The notes under the pieces: generated by a model | Databases searched by the model: none | What the model saw: only the letters and a program-made list of their open reading frames with translations | Told to the model about the DNA's origin: nothing | Origin: Macrostomum lignano | Lineage: Eukaryota | Assembly: GCA_002269645.1 (NCBI GenBank) | Contig: NIVC01002197.1 | Coordinates: 27,726 to 91,725 of the forward strand | Direction: 5' to 3' | DNA: 64,000 nt | Shown here: one piece after another, positions 16,286-63,707 of the stretch | Layout of the letters: each line of letters opens with the position of its first letter | Numbering within the stretch: position 1 is the stretch's first letter | Made by a program: the position numbers and the translations under genes

Positions 16286-16654
16286 AGGACTGAGCAAACA
16301 AGAAATTCTGGCAAAAAGACACAAATTGTGCAGGTAGCCAGTTAGTTGCAAAGCACTGGAACGCACCTGGGCATCAGAGGGACACACAGGTTTTGTTAAG
16401 AGGCAGCTGCAGCCCTTTGAACAGAGAAGGTTTGAAAAATGGGCAGGCACAATATTAGCTATTGGAATAAAGACAGATGGGTGGTGGGGTTAGGAGAGGT
16501 AAAACCAGACAGACAAGAACGCACTGTACACCAACCCCCTCGGTGGCCCTCCCCTAATCCTTCCTAAGTCGGGGACTACTAGTATAAGATAGAACTTCTG
16601 GATTGGAAACCAATATTTATTTCCTATCCAAAAAGGCCGACTGCTATTTTGCAA

Positions 16655-17345
16655 TGATGTACCGATGCTGTGATATACTGATGCAATAATGTACTGATGC
16701 AATAATGTACTGATGCAGTGATGTACTGATGCGGTGATGTACTGATGCAATCATGAACTGATGCAATGATGTACTGATGCAGTGATGTACTGATGCAGTG
16801 ATGTACTGATGCAGTGATGTACTGATGCAGTGATGTACTGATGCAGTGATGTACTGATGCAGTGATGTACTGATGCGGTGATGTACTGATGCAGTGATGT
16901 ACTGATGCAGTGATGTACTGATGCAGTGATGTACTGATGCAATCATGAACTGATGCAATGATGTACTGATGCAGTGATGTACTGATGCAGTGATGTACTG
17001 ATGCAGTGATGTACTGATGCAGTGATGTACTGATGCAATCATGAACTGATGCAGTGATGTACTGATGCAGTGATGTACTGATGCAGTGATGTACTTATGC
17101 AATGATGTACTTATGCAGTGATGTACTGATGCAGTGATGTACTTATGCAATGATGTACTGATGCAGTGATGTACTGATGCAGTGATGTACTTATGCAATG
17201 ATGTACTTATGCAGTGATGTACTGATCCAATAATGTACTGATGCAATCATGAACTGATGCGGTGATGTACCGATGCAATAATGTACTGATGCAATCATGT
17301 ACTGACAGTGATGTACTGATGCAATGATGTAATGATGTATTGATG
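16655..17345. repeat. 16-bp minisatellite (gtgatgtactgatgca)n
   Basis: Tandem units. Confidence 0.95.
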
Positions 17346-17838
17346 CATACAGGTGTACAACAGCCTTGGCTTTCTAATCGTCCGGCATGTACAATCTCTG
17401 TGCTTCAATGGTTGGCCCTCACGGATGTGAATTAATCGCACGACAACCCCACCCCTCAGGCCAATTGTCGTGCACAAATTTTCGGGTCTGCATGCCAGCC
17501 TCATGGTGTAGAGTGATGGCATTTTCCTGTGAAGTTTTCCTCTGTGTCTTTCCAGACAGATTATTTTAGTGCTTCACGCCCGAGCCAATCCCAGTGCCCC
17601 TCCCCTCCTGTATAATGAGGATTCAGCAACTCCCCTTCTCTTCCACCAACCGCTTCAGCTCTTCTTTCTTCCAAGGGATTTTACAATCCAGCGATCGTTC
17701 CTTTATTAAACTGAACCAACCTGGCAGTCAGTCTGCTTAGATCCTGTCTGCCTTCCTTTCGATTCCCCTCCTCCAGACTATTGAATTAGCCACTGCAATC
17801 GGAGCAGATAGATTAGCAATTTATATGAAACCGCATCC

Positions 17839-48842
<31,004 letters not shown>

Positions 48843-49052
48843 CGCGTCATTCAGCTCTGTATCTCTAGGACGAAATTAAAGTGTACTTACATATTTGTGT
48901 TTTTATTCGTTTCTCTCATTGTCATCGAAACATTTTTTATAGAATTTTCTTCGCCCCACAGACTGTTCTGTATAGAAAAATCAACCAAAATTTGTTCATC
49001 AGATTTTCTTATCGCTGCACAGTTGCCAAGCTCGATTGAGAAGTATGAATGA

Positions 49053-49243
49053 CAGCGGCGGATCCGGAGGGAGGTCAAGAGGTCAGCTATAACCCTTCTC
49101 ATCACCGAGGGCACTAAAATATGAATTCACCCTCTTGAAAGTTAAATCGCAGTGACCTAAAATTTATTTTTCTTAAAGCTTGTAGAAATTTGCCCCCCTC
49201 CAATCCCGTGGGGTCAATTGGGGTCAACTGGGTCTCGCCCCTG
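49053..49243. mobile_element. Possible small MITE
   Basis: Imperfect terminal inverted repeats CAGCGGCGGATCC / GGGTCTCGCCCCTG; no clear TSD. Confidence 0.3.
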
Positions 49244-50282
49244 ACAAAAACGAAGATTTTCTAGGACAAGTTTACACGTTCTCGAAAATAAAAAAGCTTT
49301 TTGTGCACTTTCGAATCGCGGATGTAATGTACTTTTTGAATTAGCAAACCTATGTGTGAACAACTATGCAAGCAAGCAGACGACGATTTTTTTATAACAA
49401 AAAGTTTTGATTTATTTGGTTTTTTATGGAATTCATAACCTTGCTTTTCCTGTCGTGTCTTATCGAAGCCCTAATCTATTTTTGTCTCTTATGGCTACTT
49501 ACATAATCTCTTCACTGTTTAATCGCCATCCAAGCGAACCTGATCCCCTGCGCGCCCCGTCTCGTGTCTTGATATCGTCAAAACTCCGCTCTTGGGGTTT
49601 GTTTAAATGTAACCTTGCCCGTATCTCCCTGCAACCCCGAAGCACACTGCGCTACTATTTCATTTTTGGTATCATCTGAGATCTGGTTTGTTTTACTGCA
49701 CTATATTAATGATTCGCGGTGGTTGTCTGGATAGGAGTCGGTTATGTTTACCACTCCAATGAGCCAGTCGAATATAAATCAACTGAAGAGCTCAAATATG
49801 CCTATGAGATAAAGGATTTTGTACTATTGTTAGAATTTTTCTTTATTACGCTGTCCTTTTAATGTCCCCAAACTATCATGGAGCTTATGTTTGTCAGAAA
49901 GATTCTCTTACTTTGGACTCTCCCTCTGTCTTTGCTCTACCTGCACCTTTTTTATCGAATTCCTTTTTTGGTATTGGCTCTGTTACCAATTATTGAAATA
50001 TTTATCAAGTCATTTTTTGCCTTTTTGTGTCACTACCGTCACCGCGACCCCTTAAAGTGTACTACAAATGCGTAACGTTTATCAGCGCGCCGCACAACCA
50101 AATACACCGTGCTTACGAATCGGAAGCTATATATAAACTATTTAAAGCGTTTGACTTTGCAATTGTCTATTATTCTCATTGATAATACTCCAGTGCACTA
50201 CTTTTGCCGACTAGTAGCATGCAAAAGATATGCAGCTCAGATTAGAGACATCGCACATTTGCACCTTTGCAAGTGTCAGCAT

Positions 50283-50649
50283 CTGAGAATCGATAAGATG
50301 CCAAGGCTTTCGGGGGAATTGCCTAGATATCGAGGCTTAGATGGATTTCGTCCGGGGAATTTCTGAGATGTCAAGGCTTACGGGGAGATGTCGAGGCTTG
50401 TAGAGGGAGGGTTTCTGAGATGTCAATTGGCTGCGAGGTCAAAAGCTACATGTAGTTTATTAAAAAAATATTTCTTTCTTTGTTGGCTTCCCAAATCTTT
50501 GTCTCTGATAATTCTATTTGATTAAGGTGATTTAAAAAACGAAGAATGAATGCTTTTAAGAAAATGTGCCTTCATTATATAGGATTCACGTAAATACTTT
50601 TCGTCCTTTGCTTATTGGGTGCCCCGAAAAGGGGGCACTAGCTTGCTAG
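50283..50649 (+). mobile_element. Probable non-autonomous Helitron (3' terminus clear, 5' end uncertain)
   Basis: Hairpin GTGCCCC-gaaaag-GGGGCAC (50619-50638) followed 7 nt later by CTAG|T (50646-50650); degenerate internal repeats at 50300-50425. Confidence 0.45.
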
Positions 50650-51045
50650 TCCTATATACTAAAAATGTATCAGTTTAATTGTCAGATATTGGTTTTTTTG
50701 CGCCATCAGATAACTGCAAAGTTTGGTTGACTTATAGCAATTACTTTTGTTTCGATAAAACTCAGAAAAAATTACGGCAACATGCCTCCTTAGGTTTCGA
50801 AAGTTAAATAACGAGTTGTGTTGCTCAGACACGCCCGTTGCTTTACGCCTTAACGCCAGTAATTTTTGCAGCAAAGCAAAGCTAACCGTGAGAATCGTTC
50901 CCAGGCCAGCAGGGGCATGGCAGTCTCACGATGCACTGAGTGCTTTGTTATAATCTTTATATTAACTTTATTTTGCGATTCCTAAAGATCCAGCCGTTCA
51001 ATTCCGCACAGTAACTAACCAATTTACAACAGACTCAAAACTCAA

Positions 51046-52545
51046 ATGCTACTCGGGCCTCACACGGGCGTCAGACTGCCTAGTCGAGCCAACACGGAAG
51101 ACTTGGTGGTTGTCATCGAGACGCCAGACAGGCAGTTGCACCAGCCAGATCGCGTCGACCTTCGGGATCACAAAATCTCCATTCGGTACACGCCGCTTCA
51201 GGTCGGAACGCATTTGATTGACATCTTCTATCAGGGCTCGAGGATTAAAGGTAAGTTGAGAAAAAACATGGCGAACGATTTTTCCGAATCGGATTTCTAC
51301 TAAGTGTGGATTTCTGAATACGGTGAATATTCTGTCGCTAAAACGAAGGAAATACATTTTATTTACCAGGATCGCCGTTTCAATTTTTCGTCGATTCGGA
51401 CGGACTGCGACGCAACGGCGGCCTGGACATGGGATTCCGAGTCAATCAGCACCACGAAGGCATGTCAGCGACGTCCTCGTCGAACTCGTCGTCGATGATG
51501 TACAACCAGGCTGGCGACGGCAGCTACGACTTTGGCCGCCACGTAGTCGACGGCAGACTGGCGTTCAGTCGGCAGGTGTCACCCGTGTCCGAAGTTGGCG
51601 TTTGCAACCAGCTGAAAATTCGCTCAGCCGATGGAGGCGATCTCGACAAGTCAATGCTGGTAGCGTTCGACGGTCCGGAAAAGGTAGACGTTGATTTAGA
51701 GGAGCGATCGCGGCGCGAGTATCAGCTGTCGTACACGTTCTTCGCCCCAGGCGATTACCAAATGCGGGTTCTAGTTGGTGGATCGGACATCCTGAATCCC
51801 ATTCCGGTGCACGTTGTTGGCGATGCGATTGGCGCGAGTTCCAGCGGTTCATTCTTTTCCAACTCGGGCGTTTTCAACTCGGCTGCTAACGGCTCGGCTA
51901 ACAACGCCGCTTCGTCCTCAAGCGCTTGGTTCAGCTCGGCGCGACACCTGAACCTTGGAGAAAGCTCGTTTGCCACAGAACAGGTGACTGAAGTCTCGAG
52001 ATAAATAACTAATAGCTAGATATTCGAATTAACGGGACCTAACTCAATTAGGACCCCTGTAGTATAGCAGGACATAGAACTCAAAGATATCGTAATTTTT
52101 GCAGGCCAATATCCTGAAAAAAGTACACAGCGGAAAACTCGCAAAATCAATGACTGCATTTGATCTGGGAGAGTGAAGATTATCGTTCTTTTAATTTAGC
52201 GTGCACAGCATGCTACTTGTGTTGTATCCTGTATAGCTGTAAATATTGTCTTTACAGGCGCTGTTGAGCCACCGAGTCTACGGCGAGGGCATCGAACGTG
52301 GCTGGTCTGGCCGCGAGTGCACCTTCGAGGTGCAGCTGCCAACTCAGACTACCAGTGAAAACGGCCCGCTTACCGTTACAATCGATGGGCCGTCCAAAGT
52401 AGACCTGCTATACGAAGAGGTCGCCTACAATGTGTTCCGTTTCCGCTACACGCCTCTGCTTCCGGGCGAGTATTTTGTGGCAATTAAACTGGGCCCAGAG
52501 ATGCGCCACATCCTGGCCTCGCCCTACAAAGTGATTGTACACTGA
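51046..52545 (+). CDS. Short filamin-like protein with three Ig-like filamin repeats, 3 exons, ~368 aa
   Basis: Exons 51046-51250, 51370-51983, 52258-52545 join in frame at canonical GT-AG sites. Motifs: IRYTPLQVGTHLIDIFYQGSRIKGSPFQFFVD; FDGPEKVDV..LSYTFFAPGDYQMRV; RVYGEGIERG..TIDGPSKVDL..RYTPLLPGEYFVAIKLG..HILASPYKVIV. AATAAA at ~52613. An in-frame acceptor at ~51032 means upstream exons cannot be excluded. Confidence 0.85.
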
Positions 52546-54269
52546 ATCTCGATTGTTGCTTTGCACCGCTGACTCAACAATGTACATTGTCAGACTTATT
52601 ATGGTAAGCTAGAATAAATTTTTGTAAGTCTGATTAAGTTAAGATCGGCTTGAATATGTGTAATTTTTTATCAAAACTTTGTTTCTGATGCGTTCATAGA
52701 TCAGTAAAGGTGTCGTGAATGCGCCCGCACTCGTACTACTCCGCCTAGCCACCATATGCTGCTCCATCGCTTAATCGCACTGTACTGTTGTCGGCCCAAC
52801 TCAACCACACAGCGCTGTTCTGGCTACACGGTTACCCCCTTGCGCTTCTCTCGACGTCGGCCCTGAGCGTTTTGCAATCCACCCAATCGCGCAAACTTAG
52901 CCTTTCCGTGCATGCTCGGCTGAAGCTTTTATGTACTTATTTATTTCCTAATTTCTCAACCCTTTTTACGTCTGCTGCAAGTGCAGTCTTTGGTTGTGCT
53001 GACGGTCACATTTTCTACCACATCTTGCGTGTGATTGGCTGCCCCAGGTTGAGCCGTGATCGATCTGTCTGTCCTTTTGCTATCTCGCTCTGTTTGATTG
53101 GCTGGGCCGTTTTTTGGCAACCTAAGTTTAAGTTTTCTACCCCCCCCCCTACTCTGTCTCTCCTCTCTTGTCTATCGCTCGCCGCTACCCCAAGTTGACT
53201 TGTTGGGTTTGACTGGCTTACAAACTAGCTGGGATTCAGCAATAGGATCTGTACACGAGCCGAGATTAGCGGGGACTAGCAATCAGCGCCCCCCGTTGGG
53301 GAGCCAAAAAACGACAAAAGGCTTTGATCAATTTAAAACTTAATGTAACAACTCAATATTAGTAGCTACATTTAGTCCGTTAAATTATCATGGAATCTGT
53401 TAATACCCAGTCGATACTACTGCAAGTGGCTTGTCTAGAGCACAAATACTAAAATAACTAGATAGGCCAATCAGGCATATATACTTGGTAAAACAGCTTT
53501 CTACTTTCAGTTCAGTAGCAAAGAAGAATACATAAGCTATTTTATGAAAATAAAGGAAGTTGAAATGACTTCGATAAGTTTAGAACCCCAAGCTTGCAGG
53601 CGTAAACAACTTGCTAATTTGTTTATAGCAATGATGTACATTGGCCAGACCACTGAAGTGTACATGGCAGCTTTAGGCTGGAATCCCGAGAAAGGCAATA
53701 AATTTTTTTTGGGGCGGGGTGGGGGGTAGCTGTGTGGAAAGGCGCGCTTGGAGGTTTAAGTGGGGGTAAGAGCCAATAAACTAACCTTGGCTTTAAAAAT
53801 ACATTAAAATGCTTCAGTTAACTTGCTACTGAACTGAAAGTAGCTTACACGCAAATGTGCTGAGTAAATGTGCCCATCTAGTTATTCTAGTATCTGTGGT
53901 CTCGAGTAGATTCTTCAAAGGTAATTTTGCATTAACTTTTTGAACGTTAGAACGTATTGCTACGCTCGTATTTAAACAAAAGAAGACTTCTTGCGTAAAT
54001 ATATTTAAACTTGTGATCGAAAAGAATTTATATTAATTCGTGGTAGACACTCTTGTTGAAGCTAAAAAATTAAAATTATCCTCAGCAACATTGAAAAGTC
54101 GCCATCCCTTTTGCCCCCAGAGAGCAGACAGTGTCTTTCGACCAGCGTCTATAACCTGGCCAACCATTTTGATATTAAAAAATGCTTGAAAAAACAATGA
54201 AAACCGGGCGGATGCTTCAATCCATCCAATCTTCGCCCTTGGCTCTTTCCAAGCAAGTTGCGTCACTCA

Positions 54270-54591
54270 ATAATAGCTCGTAATAATAATAATAATTGAT
54301 TACACGTGTCCCAATTAAACCAGTTGTGCAACCGACAGCTCAGCCACAGCTATCGCGCGGCGCATCTGAAGGCTGCGTACGGCTGTGCAGTCCAAGGACT
54401 GCTGGGGGTCGCCACACACAGCCTCAATTACCCCAGCTAATGCTGGCAACCATTTTACTGCTGGGTGAACTGAAGCAATGCAGGGTTAAGTGTCTTGCTC
54501 AATGACACAAATTGCTCCAGTGGGATCGGGAATCGAACCCCGAACCTACAAGTCGTGAGTCCAACTCTCTCACCACTGGGCTACAACCCTG
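54270..54591 (-). mobile_element. tRNA-derived SINE family A, copy 2
   Basis: Colinear, high similarity to 31050-31352 (A/B boxes, TTGAGCAAGACACTTAAC, (ATT)n tail). Confidence 0.8.
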
Positions 54592-55465
54592 TCACTGAAA
54601 AGTCAACACTGAGCTGGAATTTACTGCGCACTCTCAAAAGTGGCGACTTTTTATGTTGTTGAGCGTAAGTTTAATTAAAAATTGAAGCACAAATTAAATT
54701 TAAACTCAAACTCAGGTTTCAGCTACGAAAAAGATTTGACATTCTCGATTTGAATTAGATAAAAGTACGGAAAATAAAAACTATTTGCGCAAATTATGTT
54801 CGTGCTTGTCCGTTTAGAAAAAATGTTATAACTTAGAGGCCCGCTTATTGTTTTAATAATGATATCAATAGCTAGCTAGTTAGCAAGCGTGTTGCTTAGA
54901 ATAAAAAATCGTGAATACAGAACTGTATACTCATTTTGGGTTGTCTAGTTTAGTAAAAAAAAACTCGGTAACCAACGATATAAGTGTCCAGATGGTCGCC
55001 AAACCGCAGTAAACTTTCAGCGACGGCACGTGAGAAGTATTTGCGTGAAGCATCTTCTACCTGAAAAGGTGAATTTTTCGGATTTAGTAAAAAAACTAGA
55101 TCCATTATTGATCAGTAAACGTAGAAGGACGCCACACTTGCAAATCCGCGCGGCTTTTGAATTGTCCATTGCGCTAGCTAAAGTTCTAAACTGTTTGATT
55201 CAAGCACAAGCGAATGTGTTTTGTTGAAGATTCTTTTACAAGTTTCTTTTGAGCATGACTTGGTTGGTGGATGTTCTAAATAGTTTACTTTGTTTACATA
55301 TATTGTAAAATCAATAAATATGAAAATGAAGCTATATATAAGTTTAATAAAGGTAAAAACAATATTTTTCCATTCGAAAACTTATGAATTAACCTCGGTT
55401 AAACCACCTGCTTCGATTATTTCGTAAATATAAATTTCAGAAGAATTTTAGTACAATTTGCACGT

Positions 55466-58322
<2,857 letters not shown>

Positions 58323-59809
58323 AATCAGACGCTCAACAGTAATATTCCCTGTGAAAAGAAAATGGTTTGACTGGTTGCGCTCCTTCCACAGCTGCTGTGA
58401 GCTGTTTAAATACGTTTTCATGATCACTCAAGCCCTAAGAAAAACAACCCCAAACCAAGCGGAAAACGTGGCCGCCTACCTTAGCACTGACACGAGAATA
58501 ATGACAATGCGAGGGGCAAGTATAGACGGGATTTAGTTATTTTTTCGGCAGAGTGGAGACTCAAGTTGAAAGATGTTGTTTTGCTTGGCTAGCTTAGTTC
58601 AGTGCCAAGGCCACGAAAATATCTGACATATACAATAGCGATGCAGGTCCATCATTTTCTTTCTCAACCGCTCTCGTCTTTTTATTGTGCCATAATATTT
58701 ATTCGGCCGAGTTTTGAGCATCCACCCACCCGAATGGGTTATAGCTGTAGTGCTAAAAACGCACAGAGCTTTGAAGAGTTGAAGAGGTTTAAATTAAACA
58801 TCTGGATTGGAACTTGAACTTGTGTTGTTTCTCTCTGTGCAGTAGCTGTTTGTAGCAACTTAGAAATTATATTTTTTTATTCTACTAACCTAGAAAAATC
58901 CAAGGAGTAAAGGTTGAAAAAACTTGGCTTAGCGTATTTCGGAAAAAAACTCTGTCTCAATATGAGATCTGAAATTCGATTTATCTAAACTAATCGTATC
59001 AAAAATAAAGTGGTACTTTGGTCGAAAGTTTGTCACTATATTAATCCTAACTCCCAACTTAGGAGTGCAAAATAGCGCTATACCTACTTGTGCATAGAAT
59101 ACGCCCTTACTCCAGCAAAATTGACGACCTCTCTCAGATTGGGGGAAGGACGGGGGATGAAACTTCCCACGCTTCACTACCCGAAGCCCGAAGGGACTAG
59201 ATCTTGACTTTGGCCGGTACAAGGACCACTATGAGCACTTCGTTATAATCTAGTGTAGTAGTCCTTGGGCCGGTATTTCGGTATAGTCACTATAAGACCC
59301 GGTAAAAGTTGTTAGACACCACAGTTAACGGACAGTCTGACGATTTTTAATTTACGTGCATATGGAGTTGCTCGCGACATGCTTACAATCCCTTGAAGCC
59401 GTTGGTTGTCCTCACCGATTCGTCCTAAGAGATCTGACGTCATGTAATACCTGTTGCTAAAAATAGAAATGACGCCTGAAAAAATGAAGTTTCGGAGGGA
59501 TGCCCAAGAACAGGGATGTTACGCGAGAATGCAGGAGGGGCCGGCCGAGGTGGAGAGGGGGTGATGTATGCTGTATGCAAATTATAAAGTGGCTTAGAAT
59601 ATAATATGTTAAATTATAGATTCTTCCGGTCAATTTGCAAAATCGACTATTTACAATACGTTTTAACCACAACAAAATACACGTCGTCAGGTCAAGTGAC
59701 AACCAGCCAAATCAAGTTGAGTATTGTCAACTCAGAGTCATCAAAAGACCAACAAGCTCTTCACAATCTCAAAACTTCACAAGCTCGACAATTATCAAGC
59801 TCGGAACTT

Positions 59810-61490
59810 CACAAGCAGTCAGCTGGAGTCGCCGACGGCGCAACAGTTCGCTGCGATGGAACAGGCCGGTGCAGCGATAGAGTGCCGCATTGGTGACTCG
59901 CTCGTAGCCGATCTTGAAGGCGGCGCGCAGCAGGCCAGCGTGCGCTGCATCGACCTGCTATTCGAGTGATTTCATCAGCGTCCTGATTCAAGACAGCCCT
60001 CACAGAACGGAAGGCAGCCCAGGGAAGTCTACGGCGACGTCGCAGATCCTTGCGAACGTCCGGCACCAAACCGCCGAGGTAGACAAACTGCTGACAGCGC
60101 GGAAACTTCGTCAACTGCCAGTCTGCAGCGCCTCGGCACAAAATTTCAGCCTCGATGTCATCCAGCACGCGGTCAAGGAGCACGACGGTCTTCTGCGTGT
60201 TGACCACCAGGACGACGCTCGCCGCAACGCTTACCAGCCGGTCCAGCTTGCTGTCCTCAAAGGTCGAGGGCAGCAAGGCGAGATCGTCGGCGTCGACCGA
60301 GCAAGGCGTCGACCCACGCGTCGCTGCAGCAGGAAGCCGTCGTCGTTAGAATGGAGAACAGTCCGCAGCACCCAGTCAAGCACTAGGACGAACAGTACGA
60401 TCAAGCACCAGGTGTATCTCCCTGAAGTACCCAAGAGGATGTCTCAAAGAAATCCGACAGGCCGTCCGGTGTTACGCTCATAGCACAGCAGCGTTCGCGC
60501 CATGATACACCATGACAGCGGAAATCAGCTGCTCTGACACATTATACCCACGAAACACCATTGGGAGCACGACCCTCACGACCGAGTCGAAAGCCTTCCT
60601 GAAGTCAATAAAGGGAGCAATCAGGCTCGACTTGTGGGTCCGCGGTTCCCCGATGATTCGCCGAAGAGCCAGGATCTGCACCACCGTGCCGCGATGGGGC
60701 CGGAACCCGTTCTGCTCAGGCCGCAAATACGGGTCCAGCACGGCCTGCAACCGCGATAGCAGCATCCGGTAAACAGCTTCTCAGCGCAGGACTGCAGGCA
60801 GATATCTCGGTATTCGTCAAGCCGTGTGGGTCCCGCGGCTTCTTCGGAATAGCGACTATGTGTGCGGTGGTCCATTCATTGGGTGCCGCCTCACCAAAAA
60901 GCACGCGGTTCATCACACTGGCGACCTCGCTGGCCACACAGTGGAGTCGCAGTGCCTCGATGGGCACCTCGTCCGGACCCAGCGCTTTGCCGCCCGGAGT
61001 ATTCTGGGCGAGAATCACAACGTCGGCTGTGCTGACTGGTGCTACGTTGAAACTCTCCTCTGCCGACAACCACGTCCCTGGCGGCAGCCTCAGATCGTTT
61101 GGTAGAGGGGGCGGCAGCGCGTTGACGATGCCGGCGAAAAACTCGCGCAGCTCATTTTCTGGGCTCATCCGGAGTGTCGTCAGCCAGGTTGAGCGGGATG
61201 TGCCGCTTCCGCCCGATCAGAGCATTGATGGTGGCCCCGGCAACGCCGCGCCCTTTGGCGTCGGTTTCAGCGGCGGTGACGGCCTGGATGGCGTCGTCAA
61301 CAGCGGCCTGTTGGCCGCTACAGGTAGACAGCCGCCAGAGTCTCCTCCACCTCGCGAGTTGGCCGCCTACTCAGACGGAGCCTCTCCGGCTTTGCCCTCG
61401 CTTGCCGAATCGCAGGGTCAACCTGCCAGACCGGCTGCCTACGTTGGGCCGGTTGCATCAGCAGGAATGCTTGCCCGCACCGAAGGCGCT
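59810..61490 (-). mobile_element. Decayed RTE-type non-LTR retrotransposon (RT region, frameshifts and internal deletions)
   Basis: Minus-strand pieces in shifting frames: KALGPDEVP..EWTTAHIVAIPKK, LRPEQNGFR, FIDFRKAFDSV, LFVLVLDWVLR, (Y->D)ADDLALL, FVYLGG, LLRAAF..VTNAALY..LLRRRRLQL. Confidence 0.9.
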
Positions 61491-63012
61491 AGCGAAATGG
61501 CGACGGGCCTGGGGGTCTACTTTGAGCGCACGATAAGAGACGTTGCCTTCAAGCTATTGGCATTGTGCAGAGGAAAGCTCAGCGGCACTCTAGGAATTGT
61601 CTTACTATTCGCGTCCATTACGATCTAGAAGCAACGCAATGGAGGACAGTGAAGATGCTAAAATCTCACTGTAAATTGTACATGCACGTTGCTTTCTCAC
61701 AGTGCATAATACATATGTTTCACTTTCTTTCACTTACTATATGTAATGCATCTGCTGTTCTACTATATTCAATACGTCTGCTGCTTTGTTTCTGCAAATA
61801 AAATATTCGGCGAATAAAAAATTGGCATAAATGTCTACTGTCTACTGAGTATGCTACTTAGCATTTTAATTTGGCATCACAACCCAACATTGACAAGACA
61901 ATTTTGAGCTTTCTGTAGATTTCTGTGATTTTCTGGTTTAAAATATTGGCTGTACGTACATTAGTTAGGTATAAACTACCGTTCAAATAAGCACAAGCAG
62001 ACAGCGGACAAAGTCAATGTCAACTTCAGCCAAAAAATCTGTAGTTTCCCAAGTCCCAAGTCCCGAGTTTCCAGTTCATAAGTATTGAGTTCGAAGACAG
62101 CTACATAGGACCTTTCACTGCTCGATCGTTTTCGCAAAGGTTCACACAGCGCCGCCCTTCTGAGAACGCTGATGGAAAGAACCTATAGGTGACTTTGGAA
62201 ACTATCGACCTTTTTTGTCTTCCTTTCACCTTTCACCTTGCGAATCTCCATTGTCTGCGCCGCAGACATAAAAAGCGCTTGTCCGGGCTCTCTGTTTCTC
62301 TCTGACAATGACAGACTGCAACCAGAGACAGGATGAGATCGATTCTGTGTCCTCTTCTGCACATCTTGCTTGGATTAAATTCAGTGTGTGCGATTCCAAC
62401 TTTGGGCTGCAAAATGCTATGTTAGTGCTTACTGCTATAGTTACTGGGTATTATTTTTGGGTATCGACTTTCACAAATAATCTTTCAGTGTCAATGGCCC
62501 AAACTCTAGCAAAATGCAGCAACCTTTTCAGCCCCATCACGCTTAAAATAACAATTGAAATTCTGTTTTATACCGAAGATGGGGCCCTTAAGAGAAAAAT
62601 ATTTTCGCCAATCTCGAGAGGTGTTTACTAATTCCATGGATGAAAATATTATTCTGCGGGGAAAAAGTCGCACCATGTGGCTGTTGATCGTCGCCCTCTC
62701 CATTCTGGCACATTGTGGCACACTGAGCTGCTCGAGTTTGGGCGGATCATCTCTTCTACTAGCTCATTAGGTACTGTAGGAGCAGCAATGCTTCGAGTAT
62801 TCTAAAATACTGTTTTGTGCCTCGCGCAGAAGAGAACAATAGGACACTCGGGTGAAAATAGAACTTGTTGAACCTAAACCTAAACCTAGAAACCTAGATG
62901 AAGAAGGTGATAACAAAATATTGACAGAATTTTTTACATAATTATTTTCCTAGGACTACTAATTTAAGAGACAGCATCTGGATTGGACTTTACACTCGCA
63001 GTTTACTCAAGC

Positions 63013-63707
63013 AGTGTGCAATCTCTCTCAGTCCTTAACAGGATTAGAATTTTCTGGACACCCGGTCACAGCAATATCCTGGGCAACGAGCTCGCAGACT
63101 TTCTCACCAAGGAGGCAGCAACCCAGATGGCAACCACCGTCTGATGAGGCTACCTATTTCTAGGTCACAAGTCACCCGCCATATCAACAGGTGGCTCCAC
63201 CAGCAACACCAGCTCCATTGGAACAGCTGCACCGACTACAGACAGACCCGCTCCTAACCTAACAAGAAAGTCTCTGAATATCTGATCTCACTTAACAGAA
63301 CCGACCTCAGGAGATGTCCATGGTCCTAACCGGCTCGAGACATATCTCGTTGCAAACCGGTTGCCCTCCCACCTGTCCTTTCTGTGGCATGGGAGAGGAG
63401 ACCGCGGAGCATCACGTCACCTTCTGCCCTCACTTCAACAAGGCGCGGTACAAATACCTCGGCCATCCCCAGCGGATGGACGAGCTGACCAACCCCTGGA
63501 CAATATCCGTGACCCTCGCGCCTTCGTCCGAGATACCGGCCGGATGAGGGTCGCCGATGCCTCCTCTAAAAACCTGCCGACTACTGGCTGGGGCTGGCCG
63601 CACCCCCAAGCTTAAGCCCTGGTCTCTTTTACCTTGGGGGTTGCGATAGGGCCTCACGGTCTATTCGCGGCGCCTTCGGCTCTCGTCAGTAGTAGTAAGT
63701 AAGTAAG
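63013..63707 (+). mobile_element. 5'-truncated RNase H-containing LINE (I/R1/LOA-like) with 3' UTR, (AGTA)n tail and 9-bp TSD
   Basis: RIFWTPGHSNILGNELADFLTKEAA (RNase H C-terminus); [18 protein letters not shown] Zn knuckle. Tail agtagtagtaagtaagtaag. TACTCAAGC is duplicated at 63004-63012 and 63708-63716. Frameshifted. Confidence 0.85.

Noticed and set aside
49520-49760. Minus-strand EIVAQ..RRGSGSLG suggestive of dUTPase motifs IV/V
   Set aside because: It needs a frameshift, motifs I-III are not convincingly present, and chance similarity is likely.
59914-61628. Plus-strand ORF 59914-60483 and minus-strand ORF 60858-61628
   Set aside because: They are antisense or off-frame shadows of the GC-rich decayed RT sequence.
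63130-63170. CTGATGA cores (63141, 7519) as hammerhead ribozymes; GGCGGAATGGG in SINE-B as HDV-like
   Set aside because: No matching GAAA or stems for a hammerhead, and no P1/P3/L3 pseudoknot could be built for HDV.
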